Assembly (NCBI GenBank): GCA_965207375.1
Contig: OZ242274.1
Coordinates: 576,001-640,000 of the forward strand
Source of the DNA: Nitrosopumilaceae archaeon
GTDB taxonomy: Archaea; Thermoproteota; Nitrososphaeria; Nitrososphaerales; Nitrosopumilaceae
Reading direction: 5' to 3'
Length of the DNA: 64,000 nt
Positions 38,320 to 47,811 of this stretch are shown piece by piece (position 1 is the first letter of the stretch; every line of letters starts with the position of its first letter). The position numbers and the translations under genes were made by a program. A model generated the notes under the pieces. That model did not search any database. It worked only from the letters and a program-made list of their open reading frames with translations, and was not told the DNA's origin.

Positions 38320-39480
38320 GTGGAATTAACCAAACAAGAACAGGCCGCACTAAACGGCAAGTATGGTCAAGTCCAGCAACTAGCTTATAGAATTTTAGCT
38401 GCCACAGGCGAGGCAACTGACGCTGAAAGATTAATTCCAATTAAATGGGCACATCTTTCTGGCGTAAATTACAACACAATCGGTGATGCAGGAGAAGAAT
38501 TCCTCTCTAACTTGAGCAAAAACCCAGACGCACGTGTCAGGGTCAGAACAACTCTGAACCCCATGGGATTTGACAATGATACAGTTTCAGATTACAATCT
38601 AGATGAAAATTTCATCTCAAAACAGCTCAGTATCCGGGACTCTTATGAAACAATGGGAGTAATTCCATCCTTTTCGTGTATTCCGTATGAAATATTTGAC
38701 ATTCCAAAGGCTGGAACGCAGGTTGCCTTTGCAGAAAGCAACGCAGCCATTTATGCAAACTCTTTTGATAATCTAAAAACAAACAAGGAAAGCGCCTTTA
38801 GTGCATTGGCAAGCGCATTGACCGGAAAAAGTCCGTATTCTGCACTACGAAAAAATGACACTTCAGACATTACAATACAGATGAGGGTGAAAAATCCAGA
38901 CGAGCTTGCATATGGAATGTTGGGATTTTTTGCAGGCAAGGTAGGAAACAACTCTGTGACAATTTCTGGCGTATCTGATATGGATCGACGAAGCTGTAAA
39001 TCGATGTGCGGCGGCATGGGAACCTCTGGAACGTGCGCAAAATTTGAATTTGGAGCAGGCTCTGCTGATTCTGAAAAGATTGATTTTGACCAAAAGGAGA
39101 TGCAAAATGTCTACGATGAGCTAAATACTGCAGAAAAAGGCGACATCATAACACTAGGTAGTCCACAGCTTGGATTAGAAGAAATGCATGACCTGTCTTC
39201 CATGTTGCAAGGCAGATCATTTTCTAAAAACTGTCTCATCTTTTGCCCCAGATCCGTGCAGGAGCAGGCCACGCATCTAGGATATACCAATGAAATTAGA
39301 CGTGCAGGAGGTCAAATACTGTCTGACTGTTGTACGTGCTTGACCCCGTTAATTGATCCTGACAAAATTGATGCAGTTACGACCAACAGTATCAAGGGAG
39401 GCTATTATCTAAAAAACTCAACCGGGGTAGATGTAAATCTCAAACCGCTGTCACAAATTATCAAAGAAGAAACAAAATGA
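38320..39480 (+). CDS. Aconitase X large subunit (phosphomevalonate dehydratase large subunit-like); start uncertain
   Basis: AHLSGVNYNTIGDAG, TLNP, SCIPY, ESNA, LGSPQ, DCC and TNSIK motifs. Confidence 0.85.
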   Translation: MELTKQEQAALNGKYGQVQQLAYRILAATGEATDAERLIPIKWAHLSGVNYNTIGDAGEEFLSNLSKNPDARVRVRTTLNPMGFDNDTVSDYNLDENFISKQLSIRDSYETMGVIPSFSCIPYEIFDIPKAGTQVAFAESNAAIYANSFDNLKTNKESAFSALASALTGKSPYSALRKNDTSDITIQMRVKNPDELAYGMLGFFAGKVGNNSVTISGVSDMDRRSCKSMCGGMGTSGTCAKFEFGAGSADSEKIDFDQKEMQNVYDELNTAEKGDIITLGSPQLGLEEMHDLSSMLQGRSFSKNCLIFCPRSVQEQATHLGYTNEIRRAGGQILSDCCTCLTPLIDPDKIDAVTTNSIKGGYYLKNSTGVDVNLKPLSQIIKEETK

Positions 39481-39860
39481 AGGTAATTGTAAAGGGATGC
39501 GCAACGGATAAAATCCTCAAATCAGATAAACCAATTAATTTTCTTGGAACCGTTGACAAAAAAACAGGTCACATACAAGACAAAACGCACCCGTTATACG
39601 GCAAATCCGTCAAGGATTCTGTTCTTGTCTTTCCTTACGGTGTGGGTAGCAGTGTGGGTGCATATACCATATACTCACTAAAATCTAACGGCTGTGCACC
39701 TTCGGCGATGATCTGCAAAAAGGCAGATCTTACCGTTGCAACAGGATGTGCACTAGCAGACATCCCCCTAGTTCTGATAGGTGATGATGACTTTACCGGA
39801 TTAAATCCGGGACAATGTGTCAAAATAAATACAGAGTTAAAATCTATAATTCTTGTCTGA
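39477..39860 (+). CDS. Aconitase X small (swiveling, DUF126) subunit
   Basis: FLGTVD..TG, HPLYG.SV, VFPYGVGSSVG; coupled to the large subunit. Confidence 0.88.
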   Translation: MKVIVKGCATDKILKSDKPINFLGTVDKKTGHIQDKTHPLYGKSVKDSVLVFPYGVGSSVGAYTIYSLKSNGCAPSAMICKKADLTVATGCALADIPLVLIGDDDFTGLNPGQCVKINTELKSIILV

Positions 39861-40440
39861 TTTGCCCGTTTGGGCTAGTTTCTGCAAAAATGACTCCTTG
39901 AAATTTTAGTATCTCTGTATCTGCATCCTTCCAGCAATCTTTTTGCAGTCCTGACTTTTTGCAGGTATGCTCCAAAAACTCAACCGCGCTCCAATTATAT
40001 TTCACAGGCACCTGTGGTAGCAACAATCCGGAATTAAATCCATTTCTTACAACTAGTCCGTCCCTGCTCACTCTGATTTGATCCAGATATTGTTGGGCTT
40101 TTTCGACTTGAATTATCTTGGGTTCTGATAGTATGGTTACCTCAAAGGTAATCTCATCTAACTCTTCAATGCTAACTGTGGGAAATCTAGGATCACTTGT
40201 AGCTGCAGAAATTGCTGCCTCCTTTAGAGCAGAAGACAGGACTTTATCAGGAAATGGATATCCGATGCATCCTCTGAGACTGTTGTTTTTGTTCAGTGTG
40301 ACAAATACTCCAGAGGGATGTGCAAATTTTTCTAAAAATTCCTTGTTTTGTGATACAGTTTCAGATTTTGTCAAAAAATCCACTACTGATTTTCTTGCCT
40401 GCTTTACAAGCATTGCACCGTCCTCACTTGATACCTTCAT
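39844..40440 (-). CDS. AMMECR1-domain protein
   Basis: GVFVTL, LRGCIG, DPRF and GLLLPQV motifs. Confidence 0.93.
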   Translation of the reverse strand: MKVSSEDGAMLVKQARKSVVDFLTKSETVSQNKEFLEKFAHPSGVFVTLNKNNSLRGCIGYPFPDKVLSSALKEAAISAATSDPRFPTVSIEELDEITFEVTILSEPKIIQVEKAQQYLDQIRVSRDGLVVRNGFNSGLLLPQVPVKYNWSAVEFLEHTCKKSGLQKDCWKDADTEILKFQGVIFAETSPNGQIRQEL

Positions 40441-42349
40441 TTTGACCGTCTCCTAATTCGGTTATGTGTGATCCTCCTGCAGGCAAAACACGTACAAATT
40501 CGTCAAGGGGTATTGTTCTAGCAATATCTTGATGAATCTTTGTAAATTCCAGCTTTATCCTTTTTGCAGCTTCTGCCATGTCTCCACTAGAGGGCTCTAT
40601 TACTGCATAACACAGGCATTTATGCTTGATTGGTTCTAGAGGTCCGCATGTCAACAAATAATTTTCATCATACTGCAAAATTCCAACTGCAAGCTTTAGG
40701 GTTGCAATCTTTACTGCATTTCTTTGCCCTTCTATTATGAAAGATCCCTTTGCTAGAAACTGTCCACTCGGAGCTGCCTTTTTGATCTGTTCTGGAACGA
40801 CCCAATACGCCCCCATTCCGTACATTGCCTCCCTCCAAGCTCTACTAAAACAGACTGTTGCATGAGCCACCTCATTTAAGCTAGAGGTAGTAGCATCTGT
40901 TGCATTTTTTAAAATAAAAAACGGTGAGCCAAAAATTTCGGCATGAAAAACCTTGTCATTTTTTTCCAAGTGTTTTCGAATTACTGCTGAATTTGAGGAA
41001 GAGTCGCGTCCCCCTATTGCAATCATGTTATCTGATGTGAAAAACCAGCGATATCTTTGAAACCAAGTACGCTTTATGATCTCGTTGAATCCAATCTCTG
41101 TCTCGCTGTTTAGTGACTGGTTCTTTAGTTTCTCAATTTTTGCTTTCGTTTTTGATTTTTGTGATTCAATTGTAGATACTGCGTTTGCCTGTTTTTTTGA
41201 TTCATTAAACAGGGCAGATGCAATTGCCTGCAATGACGACTCTGCTTTGATTTGAATTTTTTCATCCTCAATTTTGATATGTGGAACACCCTTTATCGTG
41301 ACTAGTTCTGCATCTTGCTCTTTTAGCAGGTCGACTGCACGCTTGTCCTGTATTGATAATATTCCAATAGTGACAAATCTCATGATTTCCTTTGCTATTG
41401 CAGATATCCTGTCGGCTCTGCGTAAAACCGTCTCTATTGCCTTTGTCTGTTCTTCTAATTGACTATTATATTCCTCAATTTTTTTATTGCTGGCACTAGA
41501 CTGCATTTGTTTTCCTTCATCAATGATGTCTTCTGTAAATAATTGATCTAGACCCTCCATAAACGAGCTTACCGATTCTGTTGCGTCACTTGTCGGAATA
41601 CGTATCGGATAGATTTCTGAAACTTCCTTTCTCCTAACAATTATTGGTGTGTGTTTGCCGTCTATGATGTCGCTTACTAAATTATTTGTTGTACAAAATA
41701 ATTTTTTTATTTCTTGTGACGAAAGTGTATTGGATTCTTTTTTTGGATCCATTTGGGCCTGATTGAAAATTTCCTCAGCATACTTTTTTGGAAATCCAAG
41801 ATTCTTTCCAATCCATCTAACTGCCTCTGTTTGTGCATTTGATATCTCGTTGAATTGTTCTTCTTTGATATCGAAAATATTTAGACTGTTGCTTGGGGGG
41901 GCAACATACTTTAAACCAACTGAAAGTTTTCTGTGCCGTACATCAATTGAATGCAATAAAGCCAAAATTTTCATATCCGAATTACATAAAATTATATTCC
42001 CATCCCCAAATAACTCTGCAACCAAAACAAACTCTTTTTCAAAATTATTAAATGTCATATATGCGATACGTTCTGCACCTATCTGCTCAACTTTGATTAT
42101 TTTGGCACGAAGCAGGTCATTGCGCAATCGCTTCAACAGCCTGTTTGGCTCGATTGGATCAATTTTTTTTGTTGTAGTCCAGATACCTGATGTTGAGAGC
42201 ATCATAAACACATCTGGCTTTTCTGGATGATGCAGCTTGAACAGTAGACTGCTCCTTGTTATTCCGTATATGTTGCTTACATAGTAACCGCTGGAAATCT
42301 GTCCTATCTGATTTACCAAATATCGCAGTTCTATACCTGCAAGATTCAT
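40424..42349 (-). CDS. Ribosome quality-control protein Rqc2/NFACT family
   Basis: NFACT-N (QIGAERI, ELFGDGNIIL), coiled coil, WFQRYRWF, GGRD, FHA and GSFII motifs. Confidence 0.9.
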   Translation of the reverse strand: MNLAGIELRYLVNQIGQISSGYYVSNIYGITRSSLLFKLHHPEKPDVFMMLSTSGIWTTTKKIDPIEPNRLLKRLRNDLLRAKIIKVEQIGAERIAYMTFNNFEKEFVLVAELFGDGNIILCNSDMKILALLHSIDVRHRKLSVGLKYVAPPSNSLNIFDIKEEQFNEISNAQTEAVRWIGKNLGFPKKYAEEIFNQAQMDPKKESNTLSSQEIKKLFCTTNNLVSDIIDGKHTPIIVRRKEVSEIYPIRIPTSDATESVSSFMEGLDQLFTEDIIDEGKQMQSSASNKKIEEYNSQLEEQTKAIETVLRRADRISAIAKEIMRFVTIGILSIQDKRAVDLLKEQDAELVTIKGVPHIKIEDEKIQIKAESSLQAIASALFNESKKQANAVSTIESQKSKTKAKIEKLKNQSLNSETEIGFNEIIKRTWFQRYRWFFTSDNMIAIGGRDSSSNSAVIRKHLEKNDKVFHAEIFGSPFFILKNATDATTSSLNEVAHATVCFSRAWREAMYGMGAYWVVPEQIKKAAPSGQFLAKGSFIIEGQRNAVKIATLKLAVGILQYDENYLLTCGPLEPIKHKCLCYAVIEPSSGDMAEAAKRIKLEFTKIHQDIARTIPLDEFVRVLPAGGSHITELGDGQNEGIK

Positions 42350-42452
42350 ACAAATTTATCACGAATCTGAAATTAATACCCTTACTAATTGAGCCTGTAA
42401 ATATTACCAAAGATTTTAAACGAGGCTAGGCTCAGTCACGATAGAAATTTCA

Positions 42453-42947
42453 TTGGCAAAGTTTAAGAAAAAAAAATCAGAGCCTACACAGGGCACAAAG
42501 GAACCCGGCAAAATCGAGTCTGGGCATGATGCACCTGCTGCCAAAGAGCCAAAAAGTGAAATTACGCCATCTCCTCCCACCGAATCCCCACCAAAAGATG
42601 ATCCACCAATTAATTTGGCACAACAGGGTGAAAAGGACAGCAAATTAAACAAACTGTTCTGGATGAGGGTTGCCTTTGCAGTTATTGCAGGAATCATGGC
42701 CACATTTATCTTTGAATCTGTAGAAGGCGAGGAAAGACGCTGGTCTTCAATTGCTTTTATGATAATTGTCTTTATTGCCACTATCGTCATTGCAAAAGCA
42801 ATGAGAATACCGTTTGCATTATCTGACAGAAAAAAACTTGTTACTCAAGGTATAGGAAGTTATGTTTTCATCTATCTGTTTGTCTGGGTTTTCTCATATA
42901 CTCTGGCGCATCTAGAAGATTCTAGCGGCTCTATGCCGTTTCCATAA
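42453..42947 (+). CDS. Membrane protein, possibly archaeal EMC6-like
   Basis: Disordered N-terminus then three TM helices ending GIGSYVFIYLFVWVFSYTL. Confidence 0.6.
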   Translation: MAKFKKKKSEPTQGTKEPGKIESGHDAPAAKEPKSEITPSPPTESPPKDDPPINLAQQGEKDSKLNKLFWMRVAFAVIAGIMATFIFESVEGEERRWSSIAFMIIVFIATIVIAKAMRIPFALSDRKKLVTQGIGSYVFIYLFVWVFSYTLAHLEDSSGSMPFP

Positions 42948-42958
42948 ATGTGACTTTC

Positions 42959-43549
42959 ATGTGGAAATCTAAAACGCCTGGAATTCCAGATGATGCATTT
43001 GAGCGAGCAGACAACATACCTATAACAAAAGAAGAAGTTAGAGTCATACAAATCAGCAAAGCCAGACTAAATGAAGGACAAACAGTATATGATGTGGGAT
43101 GCGGCAGTGGTTCTGTTACTGCCGAAGCTGCAATTCAAATTGGTTTGACTGGAAAAATTTTTGCAATAGATTATGATCAAAATGCAATTGAGCTGACCAG
43201 AACGAATTTGCAAAAATTTGGAATAACAAACGTTAATTTGATTTTTGGCAATGCAAAGCAAAAAATCTCCGACCTGCCCATGGCTGATGCAATATTTGTG
43301 GGTGGCACAGGAGGTGACACTCGGGAAATTGTTCAATTATGTGAAAACAAGCTCAAGAGTGGAGCAAGAATAGTTGTAGGTATAATTTTAATTGAAACAT
43401 TATCTGCAGTATTGTCGATACTTGATAAACTTGACTTTTCAGATGTCGATATTACGCAGGTTACAATTTCTAAAAGCCGAAAAACTTCGACTGGAACTAT
43501 GATGCTAGCACGCAATCCGGTCACCGTCATCTCTGCTACCAAAAATTAA
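42959..43549 (+). CDS. cbiT: Cobalt-precorrin-6B C15-methyltransferase (decarboxylating)
   Basis: GIPDDAF, PITKEEVR, DVGCGSGSV, FVGG and NPV motifs. Confidence 0.92.
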   Translation: MWKSKTPGIPDDAFERADNIPITKEEVRVIQISKARLNEGQTVYDVGCGSGSVTAEAAIQIGLTGKIFAIDYDQNAIELTRTNLQKFGITNVNLIFGNAKQKISDLPMADAIFVGGTGGDTREIVQLCENKLKSGARIVVGIILIETLSAVLSILDKLDFSDVDITQVTISKSRKTSTGTMMLARNPVTVISATKN

Positions 43550-43564
43550 TTGGTTAGATCAGTC

Positions 43565-43657
43565 GTAAATGCTAACGTCCTGCCTAGATTTTTTATTTTT
43601 ATGACCTTCCGAATTTGTGCCTAAAACCTACATAATTTCAAAACAATGTTAACAGAT
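43565..43657 (+). repeat. Solo left end of IS66 family B (empty IS1111 target site)
   Basis: GTAAATGCTAACGTC-C-TG-CCTAG-ATTTT; inverted homologue of 8690-8776. Confidence 0.8.
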
Positions 43658-43835
43658 ACGATCAGTCTGAATTGCAACCAAGATAGATCAAAGGTAAGAT
43701 TAATCATGGCTGAAATGACTAAAGACGATATCGAATTTTCATCTATTGTAAAATATGAATAAAGTGGTGAGGACCTAGTCAGAATATGACCGATCAAAAC
43801 CGAATGCTTATGGGTGCAGGGGTAGTATTAAGGAC

Positions 43836-44285
43836 ATGAGTAAGAGACGTAGCTCACAAGAAAAGGCTGGTATGGGTTTAAAAATTGAACAGCATACAGA
43901 CACAAAAATAGGACCACTAGAAGATTTGACAACAGGTAGTTCCTCGGCCAAAGTACTAGATTTTTTCTTAATATTTGATGAATTTGACTATAGTGAAGCA
44001 GACATAAGGCGAGGATCTAGTGTATCGCAAAGACACCTGTACCGAGTTTTACCCAAATTAGTAAAATACGGAATTTTAGAGCATACAAGAAAGTCAGGTA
44101 AATCAAAAATGTACAGATTAAACAAAAATGAAAAAGCAGTTAAACACTTAGAACAATTTGTGTTTTTGTTAGCTATGAAAAGAATAGAAAAATCGGAAAC
44201 ATGGCCAGACGAAGAAAGTAAAGAAATAGTACCAATTATTGAGCCTCAAAAAGAAATACAAGAAAACAGTATCACTGTAGAATAA
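43836..44285 (+). CDS. Winged-helix DNA-binding protein
   Basis: KVLDFFL...YSEADI...VSQRHLYRVLPKLVKYGIL..TRKSGKSKMYRLN. Confidence 0.75.
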   Translation: MSKRRSSQEKAGMGLKIEQHTDTKIGPLEDLTTGSSSAKVLDFFLIFDEFDYSEADIRRGSSVSQRHLYRVLPKLVKYGILEHTRKSGKSKMYRLNKNEKAVKHLEQFVFLLAMKRIEKSETWPDEESKEIVPIIEPQKEIQENSITVE

Positions 44286-44298
44286 AATCTATTTTTTA

Positions 44299-44355
44299 GT
44301 AAGTGTTAACGTCATGAACACATGATAACCGCCCTAGCGCAGGTTAGTGGTGAAT
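44299..44355 (+). mobile_element. Truncated IS66-B TIR / IS1111-1 left-end junction (second, diverged copy)
   Basis: GTAAGTGTTAACGTCA-TG-AACAC-ATGATAACCGCCCTAGCGC..., homologous to 33987-34044. Confidence 0.85.
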
Positions 44356-44461
44356 TTCCATCTACTGAAATTTATATGGATTCGTCAAAAATATAATTTC
44401 ACATGTACCATTATTCCAAATATTTCTTGCAATAGTTTAGATTTTAACTAGGAAAAATACA

Positions 44462-45193
44462 ATGTTTTTCATGCCAGGATTGATTGGAATCGGTGTGGGT
44501 CCAGGAGATCCTGATTTACTTACAGTCAAAGCAGTCAAAGCCATACAAAATGCCGACATTATCATGTGTCCTGCCTCAAAACAAGACAGACCAAGCATTG
44601 CACTATCCGTTGTAGAATCATTAATTGACAAATCTAAAAATCAGCAAATCATCAAGCTCATATTTCCCATGACAAAGGACAGAGACGTACTTGAGGCGAC
44701 TTGGAAAAAAAATGCAAAGATAATGGCAGAAACTGTATTATCTGGAAAAAACGTCGTGTATCTTACAGTAGGTGATCCATATTTGTATAGCACATGGATC
44801 TACATGCACAAGGATCTCACCGAAAATTATCCTGACATGCAAATTAGTGTCATTCCTGGTATTGTTTCAATGTTTACCTTTGCATCCAAGATAGGCGTTA
44901 GTATTGCAGAGGGTGCTGAAAAGGTGGCCATCATTCCATCCTGTTATGACCTGTCATCGGTAAAACAAATTGCAAAAAATTCTGAAACGCTGGTATTTCT
45001 AAAGGATGGCAGATATTTTGATCAGGTAGTAGACTTGCTAAAAGAATCAGGGTTTGCAGATGATTCTATCTTTGCAATAGGTCAAGATCTGGGTACTGAA
45101 AATGAAATTATTAAAAAGCTTACACTAGGCGAGGTCACAGACGGCACATTGACTACAAAGTATTTTTCAATCTTGGTGGTAAAGCGTGCCTAA
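44462..45193 (+). CDS. cbiL: Precorrin-2/cobalt-factor II C20-methyltransferase
   Basis: GVGPGDPDLLTVKA, FPMTKD, GDPYLYST and YFS motifs. Confidence 0.9.
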   Translation: MFFMPGLIGIGVGPGDPDLLTVKAVKAIQNADIIMCPASKQDRPSIALSVVESLIDKSKNQQIIKLIFPMTKDRDVLEATWKKNAKIMAETVLSGKNVVYLTVGDPYLYSTWIYMHKDLTENYPDMQISVIPGIVSMFTFASKIGVSIAEGAEKVAIIPSCYDLSSVKQIAKNSETLVFLKDGRYFDQVVDLLKESGFADDSIFAIGQDLGTENEIIKKLTLGEVTDGTLTTKYFSILVVKRA

Positions 45194-45956
45194 AGTCTTT
45201 TTTGTCGGATGTGGCCCAGGCGATCCCGATCTTATTACAGTAAAGGCCAAAAAACTAATTCAAAGGGCAGACATTGTAGTCTATTCTGGCTCCCTGATTC
45301 CAGACAAAATCCTAAAAATGTGCAAACGGGGAAAATTATATGATGCATCAAGGCTGGTCAGGGAAGAAATTTTTGACATTCTTTACACAAATGCCAAAAA
45401 AGACAAACTTGTAATTCGCCTGCATGACGGCGATCCATGCATTTATGGTGCAATACGTGAACAAATTGACAATCTAAAAACAAAGGAAATAGAGTCTGTT
45501 ATAGTTCCAGGCATCACTGCATTTTTGGCATCTGCTGCCGCACTAGCAACTCAGCTTACCCTTCCTGCTGTAACCCAAACCATCATTGTAACTAGGGCAG
45601 AATCACGTACCAAAGTTCCAAAACGCGAACAAATCTCAGAACTTGCAAAGCACAAAGCCACCATGACGTTTTACCTGAGTGTACATTTGCTATCTGATAT
45701 CGTAAAGCAGGCAATCAGGGGCGGATACAAAAAAGCTACACCCGTAGCCGTAGTGTACAGGGCAAGCTGGCCTGATCAAAAAATTATAACCGGAACACTT
45801 GATGATATCGCAAAAAAAGTAAGAGATCAAAAAATTACCAAGACCGCAATTGTGATTGTAGGCGACGTAGTAAAACCTACCTCATATGAGTATTCAAAAC
45901 TTTATGACAAGACATTTAGTCACGGCTATCGCAAGGCAAAATCTAAAAAGAAATAA
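45186..45956 (+). CDS. cbiF: Cobalt-precorrin-4 C11-methyltransferase
   Basis: GPGDPDLIT, YSGSL, RLHDGDPCIYGAIREQ, RASWPD, SKLYD..FSH motifs. Confidence 0.93.
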   Translation: MPKVFFVGCGPGDPDLITVKAKKLIQRADIVVYSGSLIPDKILKMCKRGKLYDASRLVREEIFDILYTNAKKDKLVIRLHDGDPCIYGAIREQIDNLKTKEIESVIVPGITAFLASAAALATQLTLPAVTQTIIVTRAESRTKVPKREQISELAKHKATMTFYLSVHLLSDIVKQAIRGGYKKATPVAVVYRASWPDQKIITGTLDDIAKKVRDQKITKTAIVIVGDVVKPTSYEYSKLYDKTFSHGYRKAKSKKK

Positions 45957-46695
45957 CTTTATTTTTTATCTTTAATTTTTTCAGATTGTTTTCAAATGTC
46001 TCATTTTTTCCGGTTACGTAAATCCTTAGCCTGTTTTTTGTCATCGGTTTGATTCTTTTAGAAATGTTTTTTGCAATGTTATCTGCAGGATCTAAAAATC
46101 TGACACCTGGAAACTGTCTTGCCAAATAATTTTCCAAAAAAGGCAAATGTGTACTAGACAGTGTTGCCGCATCAATTTTTTTATCTTCGATTATTTTTGC
46201 AAGCGTTTCATTAATTGTTTTTTTGGTTTTGTCTTTGTCGTTTAGAAAATCTCCAGACTCTACTAGATCTACAAGTTTTGAACAATTGATTTTATACACG
46301 TTTGTGTTCTTTGGCAATTTCATTTTGATGACATAATGTGACAACTCCCTACTTGCAACTGCAGCTTTTGTAGCTAGTATTGCAATATTTTTTGTCTTTG
46401 AAATTTTAACAGCCTGCTTTAGCGGCGGCAATACCTTGAATGTGTTTTTAGATCTTATATTCAAAATAATTGATGGCGTGTTTGAGCCAATTATGATAAA
46501 ATCTGGTCCAAATTTCTCCCTTATTTCCTTTATAGTTTTTTGGATAATTTTTGCAAGCTCTGATTTTGATTTGTTTCCATATGGAAAGCTTTTATGATCT
46601 GCAAAATAGATGATTTCACACTTTGTATTTTTCTGCAATGCCTTAATTATTGATAATGAACCAAGCCCCGAATCAAAAACTGCAATTTTTGCCAA
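45943..46695 (-). CDS. Glutamate racemase (MurI)-like protein with Ser at both catalytic Cys positions
   Basis: VFDSGLGSLSI, YFAD...PYG.KS, GSNTPS, ILAT and SSTHLP motifs. Confidence 0.82.
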   Translation of the reverse strand: MAKIAVFDSGLGSLSIIKALQKNTKCEIIYFADHKSFPYGNKSKSELAKIIQKTIKEIREKFGPDFIIIGSNTPSIILNIRSKNTFKVLPPLKQAVKISKTKNIAILATKAAVASRELSHYVIKMKLPKNTNVYKINCSKLVDLVESGDFLNDKDKTKKTINETLAKIIEDKKIDAATLSSTHLPFLENYLARQFPGVRFLDPADNIAKNISKRIKPMTKNRLRIYVTGKNETFENNLKKLKIKNKVISF

Positions 46696-46804
46696 TACTC
46701 TAGTTTTATCTAAAATCTGGAGATAATATTGGTTAGCTAAATTTAGCCTAAAGTTGATCTAAATATACACCCCCCATTAAGAGTAGATTTCTAAACAATT
46801 CATC

Positions 46805-47455
46805 ATGCCAAACTTTGACAAGAGTTGGGCTCGTCAAGAGACCCAAGGTGTAGGAAGCAAATTTCGTGAGGCAGTAAAGCCACAGGGTGCCTTAAAACCA
46901 CGCATCCAGACTGCGGTAAACAAGTTGCAGGTCCAAATATCCAAGATGGATTCCATGCTTACAAAACTACGTGAAAGAGATGCGCAACTCTTTCAGAGAA
47001 TTGTAGCTGCAATGCAGCAGCATGATACCTCGGCCAGCAAGGTTTTATCTAACGAATTAGCCGAAATACGCAAAGTATCAAAGATGCTTGGCAACGCAAG
47101 AATGTCACTTGAGCAGGTTCAAATGAGATTGACTACTATTCATGATCTCGGTGATGCAATGGTTGCAATCGGTCCAGCAATGTCAACAATGAAGGGATTA
47201 AAGTCATCGCTAGGACGGTTCATGCCAGAAGCAGATTCTGAGTTAAACTCCATGACACAGACACTTAATGGCCTCATGATGGACTCTCTTGCAGGAGATT
47301 CATTTAACATGGATTCTGATGTCTCAACTGAAGAGACCGATAAGATTCTACAGGAAGCCTCCGCAGTTGCTGAACAGCAGATTGGTGATAAATTCCCGTC
47401 TGTACCAACTCCAACCGGACGTTCGTCTGAAACATCTACTTCGTCATTTGAGTAG
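46805..47455 (+). CDS. ESCRT-III/Snf7 family cell-division protein (CdvB paralogue)
   Basis: Snf7 fold, SNELAEIRK, LEQVQMRL; paralogous to 19632-20270. Confidence 0.88.
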   Translation: MPNFDKSWARQETQGVGSKFREAVKPQGALKPRIQTAVNKLQVQISKMDSMLTKLRERDAQLFQRIVAAMQQHDTSASKVLSNELAEIRKVSKMLGNARMSLEQVQMRLTTIHDLGDAMVAIGPAMSTMKGLKSSLGRFMPEADSELNSMTQTLNGLMMDSLAGDSFNMDSDVSTEETDKILQEASAVAEQQIGDKFPSVPTPTGRSSETSTSSFE

Positions 47456-47734
47456 ATTGTAAAAAGACGTCTGTCATTCTTTTTGTTTTTTGGATTATCT
47501 TTAGACATCATCTGAATCTGGGTTTTTAGAAATACTAGTCCAAACGGTATAAAATCTGGACATTTTTCACATAAACTATTGCAAGTTTCTGTACCCTGTC
47601 AATCTTTTTAGGATTCAAACTCTAGTCCGTATCTGTCAAGTGTTACATAAAATCAGATTTTTTGTATTTGCCAACGTTATTCTGAATTTATGGTAATTAA
47701 ACATGAAATTACTTTGCCGTCAAAAAATAGAATA

Positions 47735-47762
47735 AAAATTTAGGCGTGACGTTAACACTTAT
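47735..47762 (-). repeat. Degenerate IS66-B left TIR
   Basis: Revcomp reads ATAAGTGTTAACGTCA-CG-CCTAA-ATTTT. Confidence 0.65.
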
Positions 47763-47811
47763 ACAGTTTAGAATCACGTGCACAATCTGTAAAAACACCA
47801 ATACTTGAGAG

